A DNA stretch of 64,000 nt from a virus. This document shows, piece by piece, positions 10,194-21,507 of the stretch. The stretch lies in the IMG/VR virus record IMGVR_UViG_3300027970_000006; one strand, given 5' to 3'. Position numbers and translations under genes: made by a program. The notes below the pieces were generated by a model that was given only the letters and a program-made list of their open reading frames with translations, did no database searches and was not told the origin of the DNA. Position 1 is the first letter of the stretch. Every line of letters starts with the position of its first letter.

Positions 10194-12035
10194 ATGGCAG
10201 AGAAAAAAATATCATACACGGTTAGAGACTTTCAAGGAGTAAGAACTGAATTAATTAATTTTACAAGAACTTATTATCCTGATTTGGTTCAAAACTTTAA
10301 TGATGCAGGTATTTTTTCTGTGATGTTGGATTTAAATGCTGCGGTTACCGATAATTTAAATTATCAAATAGATAGAAGTATACAAGAAACCGTATTACAA
10401 TTTGCTCAACAAAAAAATTCGGTATACAATATTGCAAGAACATACGGATTAAAAGTTCCCGGACAAAGACCATCGGTTGCTTTAATTGACTTTTCAATTA
10501 CGGTTCCGGCTTTTGGTGATAGAGAAGATTTAAGATATTGTGGTGTATTAAGAAGAGGATCACAAGTTAATGGTGGAGGACAACCATTTGAAACGGTATA
10601 TGATATTGACTTTGCGTCACCAATCAATGCTGAAGGATCGCCAAATAGAGTTAAAATACCAAACTTTGATAGTAGTGGTAAATTATTAAATTATACCATT
10701 GTTAAAAGAGAAGTTGTTGTTAATGGTATTACAAAAGTATATAAAAGAGTTATTACACCAAATGATTCAAAACCTTATTTAGAATTATTTTTACCTGAAA
10801 AAAATGTTTTAGGTATTACAAGTGTTTTATTAAAACAAGGAACACAATATTCAACGATACCTAACCCACAAGATTTTTTAACTTTGGGTCCCGAAAGATG
10901 GTTTGAGGTGGACGCTTTGGTTCAAGATAGGGTATTTGTTGAAGACCCAACAAAAGTTTCGGATCAGCCAGGTATTAAAGTTGGAACTTATATTACCACA
11001 TCAAACAAATTTATTTCTGAATATACACCACAAGGGTTTTGTAAAACGACTTTTGGTGGTGGAAACATTTCAGCAGACGAACAATTAAGACAATTTGCTA
11101 TTGACGGAAAAGGATTTGATTTAAGTAGATATACAAATAATTATGCTTTGGGCGCTGCTTTACCACCAAACACAACTTTGTTCGTTCAATATAGAATTGG
11201 TGGTGGTTTATCAAGTAATTTGGGAATTAACACCATAAATCAAATTGGAACGGTTTCTTTTGCTGTTAACGGTCCTTCACAAAGTGTGAATAATAGTGTT
11301 ATCAATAGTTTACAATGTAATAATGTAACCGCAGCAATTGGAGGAGCGAATCCACCAACAACGGAAGATGTTAGAAATTTGGTCGCGTTTAACTTTGCGG
11401 CACAGAATAGAGCGGTAACCGTAAATGATTATAATTCACTTATTAGAACGATGCCTTCTCAATTTGGGGCACCAGCAAAAGTTGCGATTACAGAAGAAAA
11501 TAATAAGATAAGAATTAAAATGTTGTCTTATGACTCTAGTGGAACATTAACAAATGTTGTATCAAATACCTTAAAACAAAATGTTGCCAATTATTTATCT
11601 AATTATAGAATGATAAATGATTATATATCTATTGAAGCTGCAGAAACGATTGACTTATCTGTTACTGTGGATGTTGTATTAGATAATAGCCAAAATCAAG
11701 GGGCAATCATTTCAAAAACAATTCAAATTATTACCGACTTCTTTAACCCATTGGTTAGAAATCTTGGTCAAAATGTTAACATATCAGAATTAAGAAGATT
11801 AATTCAATCAGAAAATGGTATTGTAAGTATTACAGATATATTATTCTTTAATCAAGTTGGGGGTCAGTATTCATCTGCACAAACTTCTATGCCATACGCA
11901 GATCCATTTACAAGACAAATTCGACCAACAGCAGATACTTTGTTTGCGACACCAACACAAACTTACCAAATTAGGTATCCAAATAAAGATATTAATGTTA
12001 GAGTTTTGAACCTGAAATCAGTAAACTTTTCATAG
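10194..12035 (+). CDS. baseplate wedge protein, T4 gp6 / baseplate J-like
   Basis: 'RDFQGVR', 'YRIGGG..SN', 'GGANP', 'AQNRAVTVNDY'; follows gp25. Confidence 0.88.
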   Translation: MAEKKISYTVRDFQGVRTELINFTRTYYPDLVQNFNDAGIFSVMLDLNAAVTDNLNYQIDRSIQETVLQFAQQKNSVYNIARTYGLKVPGQRPSVALIDFSITVPAFGDREDLRYCGVLRRGSQVNGGGQPFETVYDIDFASPINAEGSPNRVKIPNFDSSGKLLNYTIVKREVVVNGITKVYKRVITPNDSKPYLELFLPEKNVLGITSVLLKQGTQYSTIPNPQDFLTLGPERWFEVDALVQDRVFVEDPTKVSDQPGIKVGTYITTSNKFISEYTPQGFCKTTFGGGNISADEQLRQFAIDGKGFDLSRYTNNYALGAALPPNTTLFVQYRIGGGLSSNLGINTINQIGTVSFAVNGPSQSVNNSVINSLQCNNVTAAIGGANPPTTEDVRNLVAFNFAAQNRAVTVNDYNSLIRTMPSQFGAPAKVAITEENNKIRIKMLSYDSSGTLTNVVSNTLKQNVANYLSNYRMINDYISIEAAETIDLSVTVDVVLDNSQNQGAIISKTIQIITDFFNPLVRNLGQNVNISELRRLIQSENGIVSITDILFFNQVGGQYSSAQTSMPYADPFTRQIRPTADTLFATPTQTYQIRYPNKDINVRVLNLKSVNFS

Positions 12036-12110
12036 TAATTTATTTTTTTCAACTTATAACTATTTTTATCAAAATAGCAAATAAACTATTTATGAAAAAA
12101 ACGTTTTTTA

Positions 12111-15100
12111 ATGGGTAAATCGTATAGAATAAGAACCGAAGTCGGTGTTGATAAGTATATAAATGTAAATTTAGAACAAGATTGGGAGTCTTTGGAGGTA
12201 TTATCTTTAAAGATTTTAGCAAATGATGTATATACTAGATTTTGTGCTGATTATGGTGTTGTAACCGGTAGAGTTTTTGTTAATGGGGGTTTTGGATTAC
12301 CAAATGCGAAGGTTTCGGTTTTTATTCCATTGGAATCTGCTGATGAATTAGACCCTGTAATTTCAGAATTATATCCATATAAAACCATTACTGAAACTAA
12401 TGAAGATGGTTATAGGTATAATCTTTTACCGAAGTTACCATCATATAACGGACACGTATCAACAGGATCATTTCCAAATAAAGGGGATATTTTAATGGAC
12501 GGATCGTATATTGAAGTATACGATAAATATTATAGATTTACTGTTACCACAAATGAAAGTGGTGACTTTATGATTTTTGGGGTTCCAGTTGGAACTCAAA
12601 CAATTGTGATGGATGTTGATTTATCAGACATAGGATGTTTTTCATTATCACCACAAGATTTAATCCAACAAGGATTGGCGACAGAAACACAAGTTAACGG
12701 CGCCAAATTTAAATCATCAACAAACCTTAGAGAACTACCACAAATTAAAAACTTGGTTTTTGATGTTGATGTTAGACCATTTTGGGGAGACGCAGATCTT
12801 TGTCAAGTTGGAATTACAAGAGTTGATTTTGATTTAACAAAACAAGCAAATATAAATATACAACCAACGGCAATATTCATGGGGTCAATTATTTCAACAA
12901 CCGATGACGATGCGTTGAAAGTAAGTTGTAAACCAAAAAATAATACGGGGAATTTATGTGAGTTAGTTGCGGGACCTGGTGAAATTCAAGCTATTAGACA
13001 AACCATATTTTCAGATGATAATGGACTTCCAATATTAGAAAGATATGAAATAGAACAAGAAGGTAAGGTAATAGATGCTGACGGGACGTATTTGTTAAAT
13101 GTTCCAATGAATCTTGATTATGTTTTTACAAATGAATTTGGACAACAAGTAATTTCAAACGACCCAAAAAAAGGAATACCAACAAAAGGAAAATACCGAT
13201 TTAGATTTAAATGGCAAAACGAACAAGGACTTCAAGGAAGTTTTCAAAGAGCAAATTTTTTAGTTCCAAACATCAAAGAGTATGGTTGGAATAATACATA
13301 TAATTCATCAAACGACCCATTTACAAATTTATCACCAGGAACATACAATTATTCAATTTCCGCTGGATTAGTTACAGGAACTACCATAATAAATAATCTT
13401 GGATATAATTTAGGGTTATCACAACCTGTAACCAACAACGTAAGTTCATATTCAATTTATCTTAATGGCCAATTGTATTTTGGAAGTTTAAATTCAATAC
13501 CATTTGATTTTGGGGATACTATACAAATTGTGGGAACACCAATTGACTCCTCACAACCTCAATCATTTTCATTCACCTCATACCAAGAAGAATTATTTAA
13601 TTTATTAAGATCATATGCTTTTAGCACCGATTGGGATGACTATGCAAATGTTCAGGAGGCTTTAAATTGTGAAGATACTTTTTATGAATTTGGTTATAAT
13701 AAAGTTTATACAACAACTATGTTTTTGGACCGATATAAAAAAGGTATTGGTAGAGCAAAACATTTGGGTATAAAAGAAATTGATAATAGATCTTGTAAGT
13801 CAACCGTAAATACATTTCCTGTAAATGATATTATTAGAAATTTTGATGCGATATTTTTTGTTTTTAACATATTAATTAATATTTTAACTTTTCCGATTTT
13901 AGTACTTTTATTTGTCGCTCATTTTATTTCATTTTTGTGGCCTATATTAAAATATGTTTTAATTATATTGGGTATTGTATTAACAATACAGGCGATTGAT
14001 GATGCGCAAGCGGTATTTGAAAACGCTTCCGAAATTATTGAAGCACAACTTAGTGCAATAAACGCTAGTTTGGCGGGTCCTGTTGTTGATACAGGAGCAT
14101 TAGCTAAGGCTGTTAGATTACTTATAAAACAATTTGTATTAATTGCTAAAGCCGTGTTTTCTGCGGTATTAGCGGCCACTTTTACCGCTTTTGCAATATT
14201 TGCGGCGGTAAAAATAAAAGGATTCCCAAGAATTGGATTACCAATGATTTCATATCCTGATTGTACAAGTTGTGACTGCGATTGTAAAAATGCAGACATG
14301 AGTGATGATTTTGACTCAAATTCTGTTTACAATGAAATTAATACTGCGGCACAATCATCGGGTGGAGGATCAAATAATACTCAGTTATCAACACCAAAAA
14401 CATTAATTGCCCCCGTAAATTCTTCAGGTGCATACACTTTAGACCACCCAAATTTAAACAATGACCCAAATGGAAATGACCCTTTCCCCCCATGTAAATC
14501 ATTTACAACTTTACTTGAAGCCACAAGTCAAGATGAAATAAGTGTTGATGTTGTTGTTAAGGCTTCTTTAGATTATATAAGAATTGCTTCTGGATCTGAC
14601 GTTATTAGTTCAACAGACCCAAATAGGTATTTACCAAATGAGGCCTATTTATTAAAAGCACCACAACCATTTTTATTCTCGGCAGAAAAAAATGCGGGGG
14701 CGGACGATAGATTTTTTGCATATCCTACTTCTGTAACGTTTTCACAAAAATTAAATGAATTTAACACTAGAGATAAATACTTTAAAAGTAGTACGATAAG
14801 TGCGTTCGGAACTGGTGTTAATAGAATAAAAACAACCGTGAATCCAACATCGGGATCAACACCATATGAGGATCAGGTAATTGTTGTTTTAATGACCGCA
14901 GGATCTACCGAATCTTTAGGTGTTGGAAATATTATTACTTTCCAAGACCCAAATTATATGGACTCAGGATCTACTCTTAGGATGGTTAATTTGACGGGAG
15001 CAACAATCAACCAATTCCAAAATAATTCAATAACAGGAACAACTTTTACAGGACAAACATCATTACCTTTAACTTATGCCGACCCATCAAATCCGTCAAA

Positions 15101-17708
15101 TGGATTAACGGCAAATATTGTTATTAATTCACCACAAGTGAGTCAACTTCCTGTTGTAGGAAATCCTAATGTTGAGCAGTCATACCTTCAATATCCCACA
15201 GATCTTGAGTATTTTCAATTAATTACAGGAATAACATATACCGATTTTATAAACCAATCAAATTATACATCAGCGTCAGGATTTTATCCTCAAACTTATT
15301 TATTACACGACATAAGTTATATTGCACCATGTGGGGGTAGTAATACCCTTTCAAATATAATTGGTGTGATGGAAAATTATCAAACTTATGAAATTTGTAT
15401 TTTTGTAAGAGGTGTAGATCCGTTTACTACAAAACAAACTATATCTTATGACTTATCTAAAATATTTGGTAAATCTTATGGGAATATTACAATACAAGGA
15501 GATTATTATTTAAATGTTCCAATACAACCATTAAACACATTATTAAAACCTACAACACATAATACCACAAATAATAATAATCAAACATTATATTTCCCTT
15601 CATTTACTTTCACTCCAGACCCAATACAATATACCGCTTTTACATCTAATTTACCATATTATTATTTAAGTACCGATGATATTTTATCAACAACCTATTC
15701 ACCATATCCAGGTCAATGGCAAACAAATAACTTAAGTACGACATCATTACAACAAACAATTGCGAATGGTTATGGATTACCAATACCATCAACATCTTAC
15801 TATACTGTCGGAGGAACTTATTTAAGGTGGGTAAATGATTTTCAGTTTACAAATTTAAACATGCAAACAGGAAACAATAATAGTAACCCACCTTGTAATC
15901 AAGATTGTCAAAAGGGTGAATATTTTAATACTGGCTCAACATTCTACACGGGAGTGAATAGTATGGGTAATTTATCGGCACTTTATTCTCCCGCCTATTA
16001 TAGATATGGACTAAATCCAATATCTTTCCCAACGACATATAGTAATCGTATAGTGATGAGATCAGATAGATTACCAACATCTACAAACGTTCAAAACGGA
16101 CCATCAGGAACTCAAACAGGATATGGTCTTCACCAAAATGATAACTTTTCATTTTATGGTCAAAATGGTAATGAAACTCAACCAACGATAGGTGTAGGTG
16201 GAGACTTAATATCTGGTGAATCACAAGATGATGATCCGATCACAACAGGATTAACAGAAACATTAACTTGTGAAGGAATGGTTCCTTTAGAGTGTTATAG
16301 TGGTTCAGGAAACAATGTTGGTGTTTTACCAGCAGGACAATGCGCAATACCGTCAAATAGAATGGTAAATGGATGTTATTGTTTACTAAACTACATAGAA
16401 ACAGGTATTCCAGTGTTTAAAAAATTATATCTAATTCCGGAGTACTTTAGAGATGCTAAATTGTTTTTAGAATGGAAAACAAGATTTACTATGAACTTCG
16501 CGGCTTGTAGAGGGGTGTTTGGACAAGTATTTCAGAATAATTGGATCAACGGGGTTTTATATATGTTTAATTTCAATAAAAGAACAACATTTGGGGTTAA
16601 CGCGACTAATCCAAATTATAATTATTGTGAAAATGTTATTGTATTTAACGAATTAAGTAATAATTTTTATTATAGATCATCACCTTGGAATAATACAATA
16701 CAAGAGTTTATTGGAAAAGACTCACCAAACTATAATTCACAAAGTTCGTTTAGTAATTTTCCTGGATTTGGATATAATGTAAAACAAATACAATTCCCAA
16801 CGACCGTTGTTGACTTAGGGCCTAGAGATTATTTTATAAACGAAGTTTGTTGTTCTGGAGGTATTGATGGTTTTGGGTCTTATTATGGAAATCAATTAAA
16901 AGCCACATCATATCAAGACAATTCTGACATTATACAACTTGGGTTTCTTTCAAGAATACTTAATGATGGAGTTAGACAAAGAATGATTCCGATATCTAGT
17001 GGGGACAATTCAACTGAAGGGCAAGGAATTATTCAATTCTTTAATAGTACAAGAGGTGGTTATAGAATTGACGGAGATTGGGCTCAAATGTTATCCATTA
17101 ATTCAGAGTGGAAAGTTTTACCATTTATAAGTGAAAATGTGCCAAGTAATCAATATATCTTTTTTGGAGATAATGGGGCACCAACTCCTGATCAAATTAA
17201 ACCTGTTATGGGATTATTTTTTCAGACACCACAAGAAAATTTAAAATATAGAAAAATTGAATCACCTGGAATTGAAACATATAATTTCACTCCGTTAATT
17301 GAAGAAAAGTTTGGGTATTCTAAATCACAAGTGGTACCACATTATAAATGGTCTTTGAAAACGAGCTCCCCAAGCCAAAATATTTTTGGAACAGAAGATA
17401 ATAATTGGTATACAAATGTTATTGGACAAGGGTTCTTTAAGAAAAAATATCAAGATTTAGATTTCACAACTTTAGGTGAAAAATATATAACATCAACAAC
17501 TAAATTGGGGTATATAACAAATTATACTTTAGCTGGTGTACCAGAACCACTCATACCCCCTTCAATAGTTAATCAGGGTATACCTAGTGGTAATGCTAAT
17601 CAGTCGGTGGTTGTTGGAGCACCTTATCATTTTTACTTTGGTTTAAATAACGGAAAGACCGCCGTAGATAGATTCTATAAACTTTATGTAGCAACAGCAG
17701 AAGAGTAA
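12111..17708 (+). CDS. very large baseplate/tail-associated protein (1865 aa) with central hydrophobic helices
   Basis: Position after gp6; N-terminal prealbumin-like beta region ('TTNESGDFMIFGVPVG'); TATTTAT at 12087. Confidence 0.6.
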   Translation: MGKSYRIRTEVGVDKYINVNLEQDWESLEVLSLKILANDVYTRFCADYGVVTGRVFVNGGFGLPNAKVSVFIPLESADELDPVISELYPYKTITETNEDGYRYNLLPKLPSYNGHVSTGSFPNKGDILMDGSYIEVYDKYYRFTVTTNESGDFMIFGVPVGTQTIVMDVDLSDIGCFSLSPQDLIQQGLATETQVNGAKFKSSTNLRELPQIKNLVFDVDVRPFWGDADLCQVGITRVDFDLTKQANINIQPTAIFMGSIISTTDDDALKVSCKPKNNTGNLCELVAGPGEIQAIRQTIFSDDNGLPILERYEIEQEGKVIDADGTYLLNVPMNLDYVFTNEFGQQVISNDPKKGIPTKGKYRFRFKWQNEQGLQGSFQRANFLVPNIKEYGWNNTYNSSNDPFTNLSPGTYNYSISAGLVTGTTIINNLGYNLGLSQPVTNNVSSYSIYLNGQLYFGSLNSIPFDFGDTIQIVGTPIDSSQPQSFSFTSYQEELFNLLRSYAFSTDWDDYANVQEALNCEDTFYEFGYNKVYTTTMFLDRYKKGIGRAKHLGIKEIDNRSCKSTVNTFPVNDIIRNFDAIFFVFNILINILTFPILVLLFVAHFISFLWPILKYVLIILGIVLTIQAIDDAQAVFENASEIIEAQLSAINASLAGPVVDTGALAKAVRLLIKQFVLIAKAVFSAVLAATFTAFAIFAAVKIKGFPRIGLPMISYPDCTSCDCDCKNADMSDDFDSNSVYNEINTAAQSSGGGSNNTQLSTPKTLIAPVNSSGAYTLDHPNLNNDPNGNDPFPPCKSFTTLLEATSQDEISVDVVVKASLDYIRIASGSDVISSTDPNRYLPNEAYLLKAPQPFLFSAEKNAGADDRFFAYPTSVTFSQKLNEFNTRDKYFKSSTISAFGTGVNRIKTTVNPTSGSTPYEDQVIVVLMTAGSTESLGVGNIITFQDPNYMDSGSTLRMVNLTGATINQFQNNSITGTTFTGQTSLPLTYADPSNPSNGLTANIVINSPQVSQLPVVGNPNVEQSYLQYPTDLEYFQLITGITYTDFINQSNYTSASGFYPQTYLLHDISYIAPCGGSNTLSNIIGVMENYQTYEICIFVRGVDPFTTKQTISYDLSKIFGKSYGNITIQGDYYLNVPIQPLNTLLKPTTHNTTNNNNQTLYFPSFTFTPDPIQYTAFTSNLPYYYLSTDDILSTTYSPYPGQWQTNNLSTTSLQQTIANGYGLPIPSTSYYTVGGTYLRWVNDFQFTNLNMQTGNNNSNPPCNQDCQKGEYFNTGSTFYTGVNSMGNLSALYSPAYYRYGLNPISFPTTYSNRIVMRSDRLPTSTNVQNGPSGTQTGYGLHQNDNFSFYGQNGNETQPTIGVGGDLISGESQDDDPITTGLTETLTCEGMVPLECYSGSGNNVGVLPAGQCAIPSNRMVNGCYCLLNYIETGIPVFKKLYLIPEYFRDAKLFLEWKTRFTMNFAACRGVFGQVFQNNWINGVLYMFNFNKRTTFGVNATNPNYNYCENVIVFNELSNNFYYRSSPWNNTIQEFIGKDSPNYNSQSSFSNFPGFGYNVKQIQFPTTVVDLGPRDYFINEVCCSGGIDGFGSYYGNQLKATSYQDNSDIIQLGFLSRILNDGVRQRMIPISSGDNSTEGQGIIQFFNSTRGGYRIDGDWAQMLSINSEWKVLPFISENVPSNQYIFFGDNGAPTPDQIKPVMGLFFQTPQENLKYRKIESPGIETYNFTPLIEEKFGYSKSQVVPHYKWSLKTSSPSQNIFGTEDNNWYTNVIGQGFFKKKYQDLDFTTLGEKYITSTTKLGYITNYTLAGVPEPLIPPSIVNQGIPSGNANQSVVVGAPYHFYFGLNNGKTAVDRFYKLYVATAEE

Positions 17709-17709
17709 A

Positions 17710-19512
17710 ATGCAGATAGATCCAACAACAAGAATAATAGAGTCGACACAACGATATAAGGGAGCCCCAAAAACGGATCAGTTTATCAATATACCATTAA
17801 ATCAGTCTAGTAAAGATTTAACAGAATTTGATAGAAGTGTTGATTTAAATCTTGCAAATGTGTTTGATGAAGAAAGACAATTATCCACAATATTTAGACC
17901 TGTAACAAAATATTCAGTTTTGTTTGAAAACGCTTTAACGGGCACAACATTATACCCCCCGTTTAGAGACAATCTTTATTATACAAATGCGTTATCAAAC
18001 GCAATATCATATTATCCTTCAGGTAATTCACCATCAGTTCCACCACAACCAATGAACCAAAATGTTCCTTGGGATGGATTTCCCCAATATCCCGAGTTTG
18101 ATTTTATACGAACCGATAATGATGTTTTGGGGTATACGATTGGAAACGGAAGACATTTAGATTTTAAATCAATTAGTGCGACCACATATAATTGGTCACA
18201 CTATTTAAGTTACGCATATCAAAATGATTACACTAAAAATCTTTATGCCATTGAGCCAAATACAAATATTTCTTGGAATTGGGTGGCACAAGATGGGTTA
18301 CCATATTATGTAACTCTTGGTAGTGATCAAACAACAAGGGTTATTAGTTTTAAATGTCCTGTTATGCATGGATTATCGGTTGGAGAATTTGTTCAACTAT
18401 CAACAAACTATAATGGGAATGATTTTTTTCAAGTAACTAGTTTGGGAGATACGGCTTCAGGATCCGATGAATATATTTTTAACATATTAAATGTTGGATA
18501 TACAGGAACTACGTTTCAAACCTTCACACAAGGAACATTCAAAAGGGTTATAAATGCGTCTAATTCTGCTGATACAATCAGTAAATATTATGTTAGAAAA
18601 CATAAAATATTAACAAATCCTGAATGTGCGGTATTGGTAAACGCAGGATACGAACAAAATGTTTATAACAATAAAACCAAATGTGAAATAAAATCATTAA
18701 CACCAAACCAAAGAAAACGAACATCAGTTAAAGAAGGATCAAGAGCATATACTTTATCATTTAATTGTGATGTGGATATTCTTGATTTATTGGATAATGA
18801 AAACAGACCCGTTAGTGAATTATTTTTTACCACAATTTGGAGAGGTTATTTTGGGTGGACACAAAAATTAAAACAAGGTTGGTATTTTAATACTTTTTTA
18901 GATCAAAAACAACCACAAATATGGTGGGATCAAAATAATGCAAATTCAAATACGACTATACTCCAAAATCAATATTTTTCATTATTAAATAAAGGACCAT
19001 TTTATTATAATGAATTATTAACAACAGGAGACACAATAGACGGAGATTTTTGTGAATGGAATAATTTTGAACAACTTGAAAGAGTAATTTCAATATATCA
19101 ACATAAGATAACATATGACCAAAATTGGTTTAGTTTATCGGCAACCACACTAAACTCAAATAATTCTTTTGGGTATTTTTATCAACCACATAGTCCAATT
19201 CAAATTAGGGCTTTTTCTGATTATATTGAAGAAGGAAGTTCTTTAAATGTTGTTGGTATTCCTGATTATGCATATTACTCAACAATGAATGCTTTATTTA
19301 GATGGAGAGATTTATATCCATATGGACTTGTTGATACAGATGGTGTTGGCGTTGATTTTCCTTTTTTAAATAACGCACATTACCCATTTACAAACACAAT
19401 ATTTAGAGTTACCCCCGAAAATTACAACATACCAAGTGATTACGCTCAAACTGGAGCGGTTCCTATAAACATAACAACAATTGCTGACCCAATAGCCGAT
19501 GAATGCGAGTAG
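17710..19512 (+). CDS. putative virion structural protein (600 aa)
   Basis: Tightly coupled within the structural operon. Confidence 0.6.
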   Translation: MQIDPTTRIIESTQRYKGAPKTDQFINIPLNQSSKDLTEFDRSVDLNLANVFDEERQLSTIFRPVTKYSVLFENALTGTTLYPPFRDNLYYTNALSNAISYYPSGNSPSVPPQPMNQNVPWDGFPQYPEFDFIRTDNDVLGYTIGNGRHLDFKSISATTYNWSHYLSYAYQNDYTKNLYAIEPNTNISWNWVAQDGLPYYVTLGSDQTTRVISFKCPVMHGLSVGEFVQLSTNYNGNDFFQVTSLGDTASGSDEYIFNILNVGYTGTTFQTFTQGTFKRVINASNSADTISKYYVRKHKILTNPECAVLVNAGYEQNVYNNKTKCEIKSLTPNQRKRTSVKEGSRAYTLSFNCDVDILDLLDNENRPVSELFFTTIWRGYFGWTQKLKQGWYFNTFLDQKQPQIWWDQNNANSNTTILQNQYFSLLNKGPFYYNELLTTGDTIDGDFCEWNNFEQLERVISIYQHKITYDQNWFSLSATTLNSNNSFGYFYQPHSPIQIRAFSDYIEEGSSLNVVGIPDYAYYSTMNALFRWRDLYPYGLVDTDGVGVDFPFLNNAHYPFTNTIFRVTPENYNIPSDYAQTGAVPINITTIADPIADECE

Positions 19513-20305
19513 AATAAAAATTGTAAAAGATGATATTAACAAATATGTTAATATTCCCATTAATATGCAATGGGATTTTATGGGTAGGGACGAAAGCATT
19601 TCTGAATATGAAACAGAGATGGTTAAACAGGTTACCGGAGTTGCTGCCGATTTTGAAATTGCAAGATTTAGTCATAATGTGTTTAATAATGGTGACTCAG
19701 CAATTAATTATGAATTTAATTTTTATGATGACTCCCAACCAATAACGGCAACTACGGTTGGAGCATGGTCAAACACATATTTGAATAATGGATTTTCAGT
19801 TCAAGACGTTTATTATTATTCAAAACCTTTCACAAAATCTTTTTTTAAATTAGATTTTTATGACACAAAAGAAGAAAAAACACAACAAATTTATTTGTCA
19901 GTAATTCTCCCCGTTCAACAAGGATTGACACAAACCGTAGTTTTATCGCCAATCATACCTCCTGTTGAAATTAAAAAACCAAAAATGGTTTTGGATTATA
20001 TTGGAAATGATAAAGAAGGGTTTTTTATTTATTGGTTAAGAAGTAGGGATTTTATAGATATATCAACTTTTTATATGACCGCCAAATTTTTTGATGCAAG
20101 AGAAGGAGTTTTTAAACAAATGACAAATACAAGACAAGATTTAATAACCCCAAGCAAGTTTGATTTTAATAATGAGGACTATTTTTATTATAAGGTGGAA
20201 TTAGATTATAACGATAAAACTTACGAAGTGTTTTCAACATCAACAACTCTAAGAGTTGGAGATTCAAACTCACCGATAATCTGGTATGAATATGTTAACC
20301 CATAA
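19499..20305 (+). CDS. putative virion structural protein (268 aa)
   Basis: Overlaps neighbours in the structural operon. Confidence 0.6.
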   Translation: MNASRIKIVKDDINKYVNIPINMQWDFMGRDESISEYETEMVKQVTGVAADFEIARFSHNVFNNGDSAINYEFNFYDDSQPITATTVGAWSNTYLNNGFSVQDVYYYSKPFTKSFFKLDFYDTKEEKTQQIYLSVILPVQQGLTQTVVLSPIIPPVEIKKPKMVLDYIGNDKEGFFIYWLRSRDFIDISTFYMTAKFFDAREGVFKQMTNTRQDLITPSKFDFNNEDYFYYKVELDYNDKTYEVFSTSTTLRVGDSNSPIIWYEYVNP

Positions 20306-21480
20306 TGGAATTACAAGAATTTAAGTTTATTATTTCCCCTGAGAATATCAAAAGTGATATTATTTTTGTTCCATACACAGGAGAAACAGATATTACAACA
20401 ATCATTGATCCTTGTTGTTTAACAGCAACAACCACAAGCGCAACAACAACAGGAACAACAGGGGTTTATCTTCCAATGAGTTATATTTTAAGTGGAAACA
20501 CAGGAGGGACTTCATTTTTAACTGGTTTATCGGTAAACATATTAATAACAGAATCTGCCGTTGACTTGGGTTATTATACACCTTTTGATGGTTTAGTTTT
20601 ACAAGCTGATGTGTTAAATAATTTTATTGTTACCGCAAATACAATTAACCCATATACTTATACTTTTTACAATACCTCTGATTTAGAATTTGTTAAGTTT
20701 TTACAACTATGTACTTATACATTAGATTGGGGGGACGGATCACCACAACAGGCGGTTTTAGGTATTTCACCAATTACACATACATACGCAACTGCAAATA
20801 ATAACTATACAATTACCTTGACCGCCAACTCGCCTTGGGGGATATCAAAAGTTCAAAAACCTATTTTAACACCATATAGTGCCGCCACAATACCAAACCC
20901 ACAAGGATCAATAACATTTTATCCCGCAGGTGGAAGTTGGTCGGCAAACCCTGTAAGCTATGATTATATCTTTACAGGAGATTCAAATACAAACATTAAC
21001 GACTACTATTCATACAACTACACATCAGTTCCATTTCCAATAACAGGATTTACAGAATCCACCGTAAATGATTTGGCACAATACGGACCTAAAATTAATT
21101 TATCAGGAGGTAAGTTTAAGTTGGGGATTCAAGTAACAGGAACAACAGGTGCTATCGGAACTTATTATGGCGTAGATCCAACAGGAACTTATAGTGCCTA
21201 CACAATGAACGGAGCGATTTACCATGACTATGAAGATTTTACAATATATTTTACAGACTCATATGGATTAGTCCCTGGTGATTTAGAATTATCGGCAATA
21301 ACTAAAAATGAAGCTTTACTAAATGTTATTGACCAACCAGAAGTTATTACTAATGTTTATATTGAAAGAGGAAAATACACACCATTAGAAAATGTTATGA
21401 GATTAGGTGAGGTTGATAATGTTGGGGATTTACAGAAATACGGATACAAATATTTTACAATAGAAAAAGTATCAACATAA
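20305..21480 (+). CDS. virion protein with PKD/Ig-like domain
   Basis: 'YTLDWGDGS...THTY...YTITLTA' PKD signature. Confidence 0.7.
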   Translation: MELQEFKFIISPENIKSDIIFVPYTGETDITTIIDPCCLTATTTSATTTGTTGVYLPMSYILSGNTGGTSFLTGLSVNILITESAVDLGYYTPFDGLVLQADVLNNFIVTANTINPYTYTFYNTSDLEFVKFLQLCTYTLDWGDGSPQQAVLGISPITHTYATANNNYTITLTANSPWGISKVQKPILTPYSAATIPNPQGSITFYPAGGSWSANPVSYDYIFTGDSNTNINDYYSYNYTSVPFPITGFTESTVNDLAQYGPKINLSGGKFKLGIQVTGTTGAIGTYYGVDPTGTYSAYTMNGAIYHDYEDFTIYFTDSYGLVPGDLELSAITKNEALLNVIDQPEVITNVYIERGKYTPLENVMRLGEVDNVGDLQKYGYKYFTIEKVST

Positions 21481-21507
21481 CTATTTATAAAAAAGTAAGA
21501 AAAAAAA

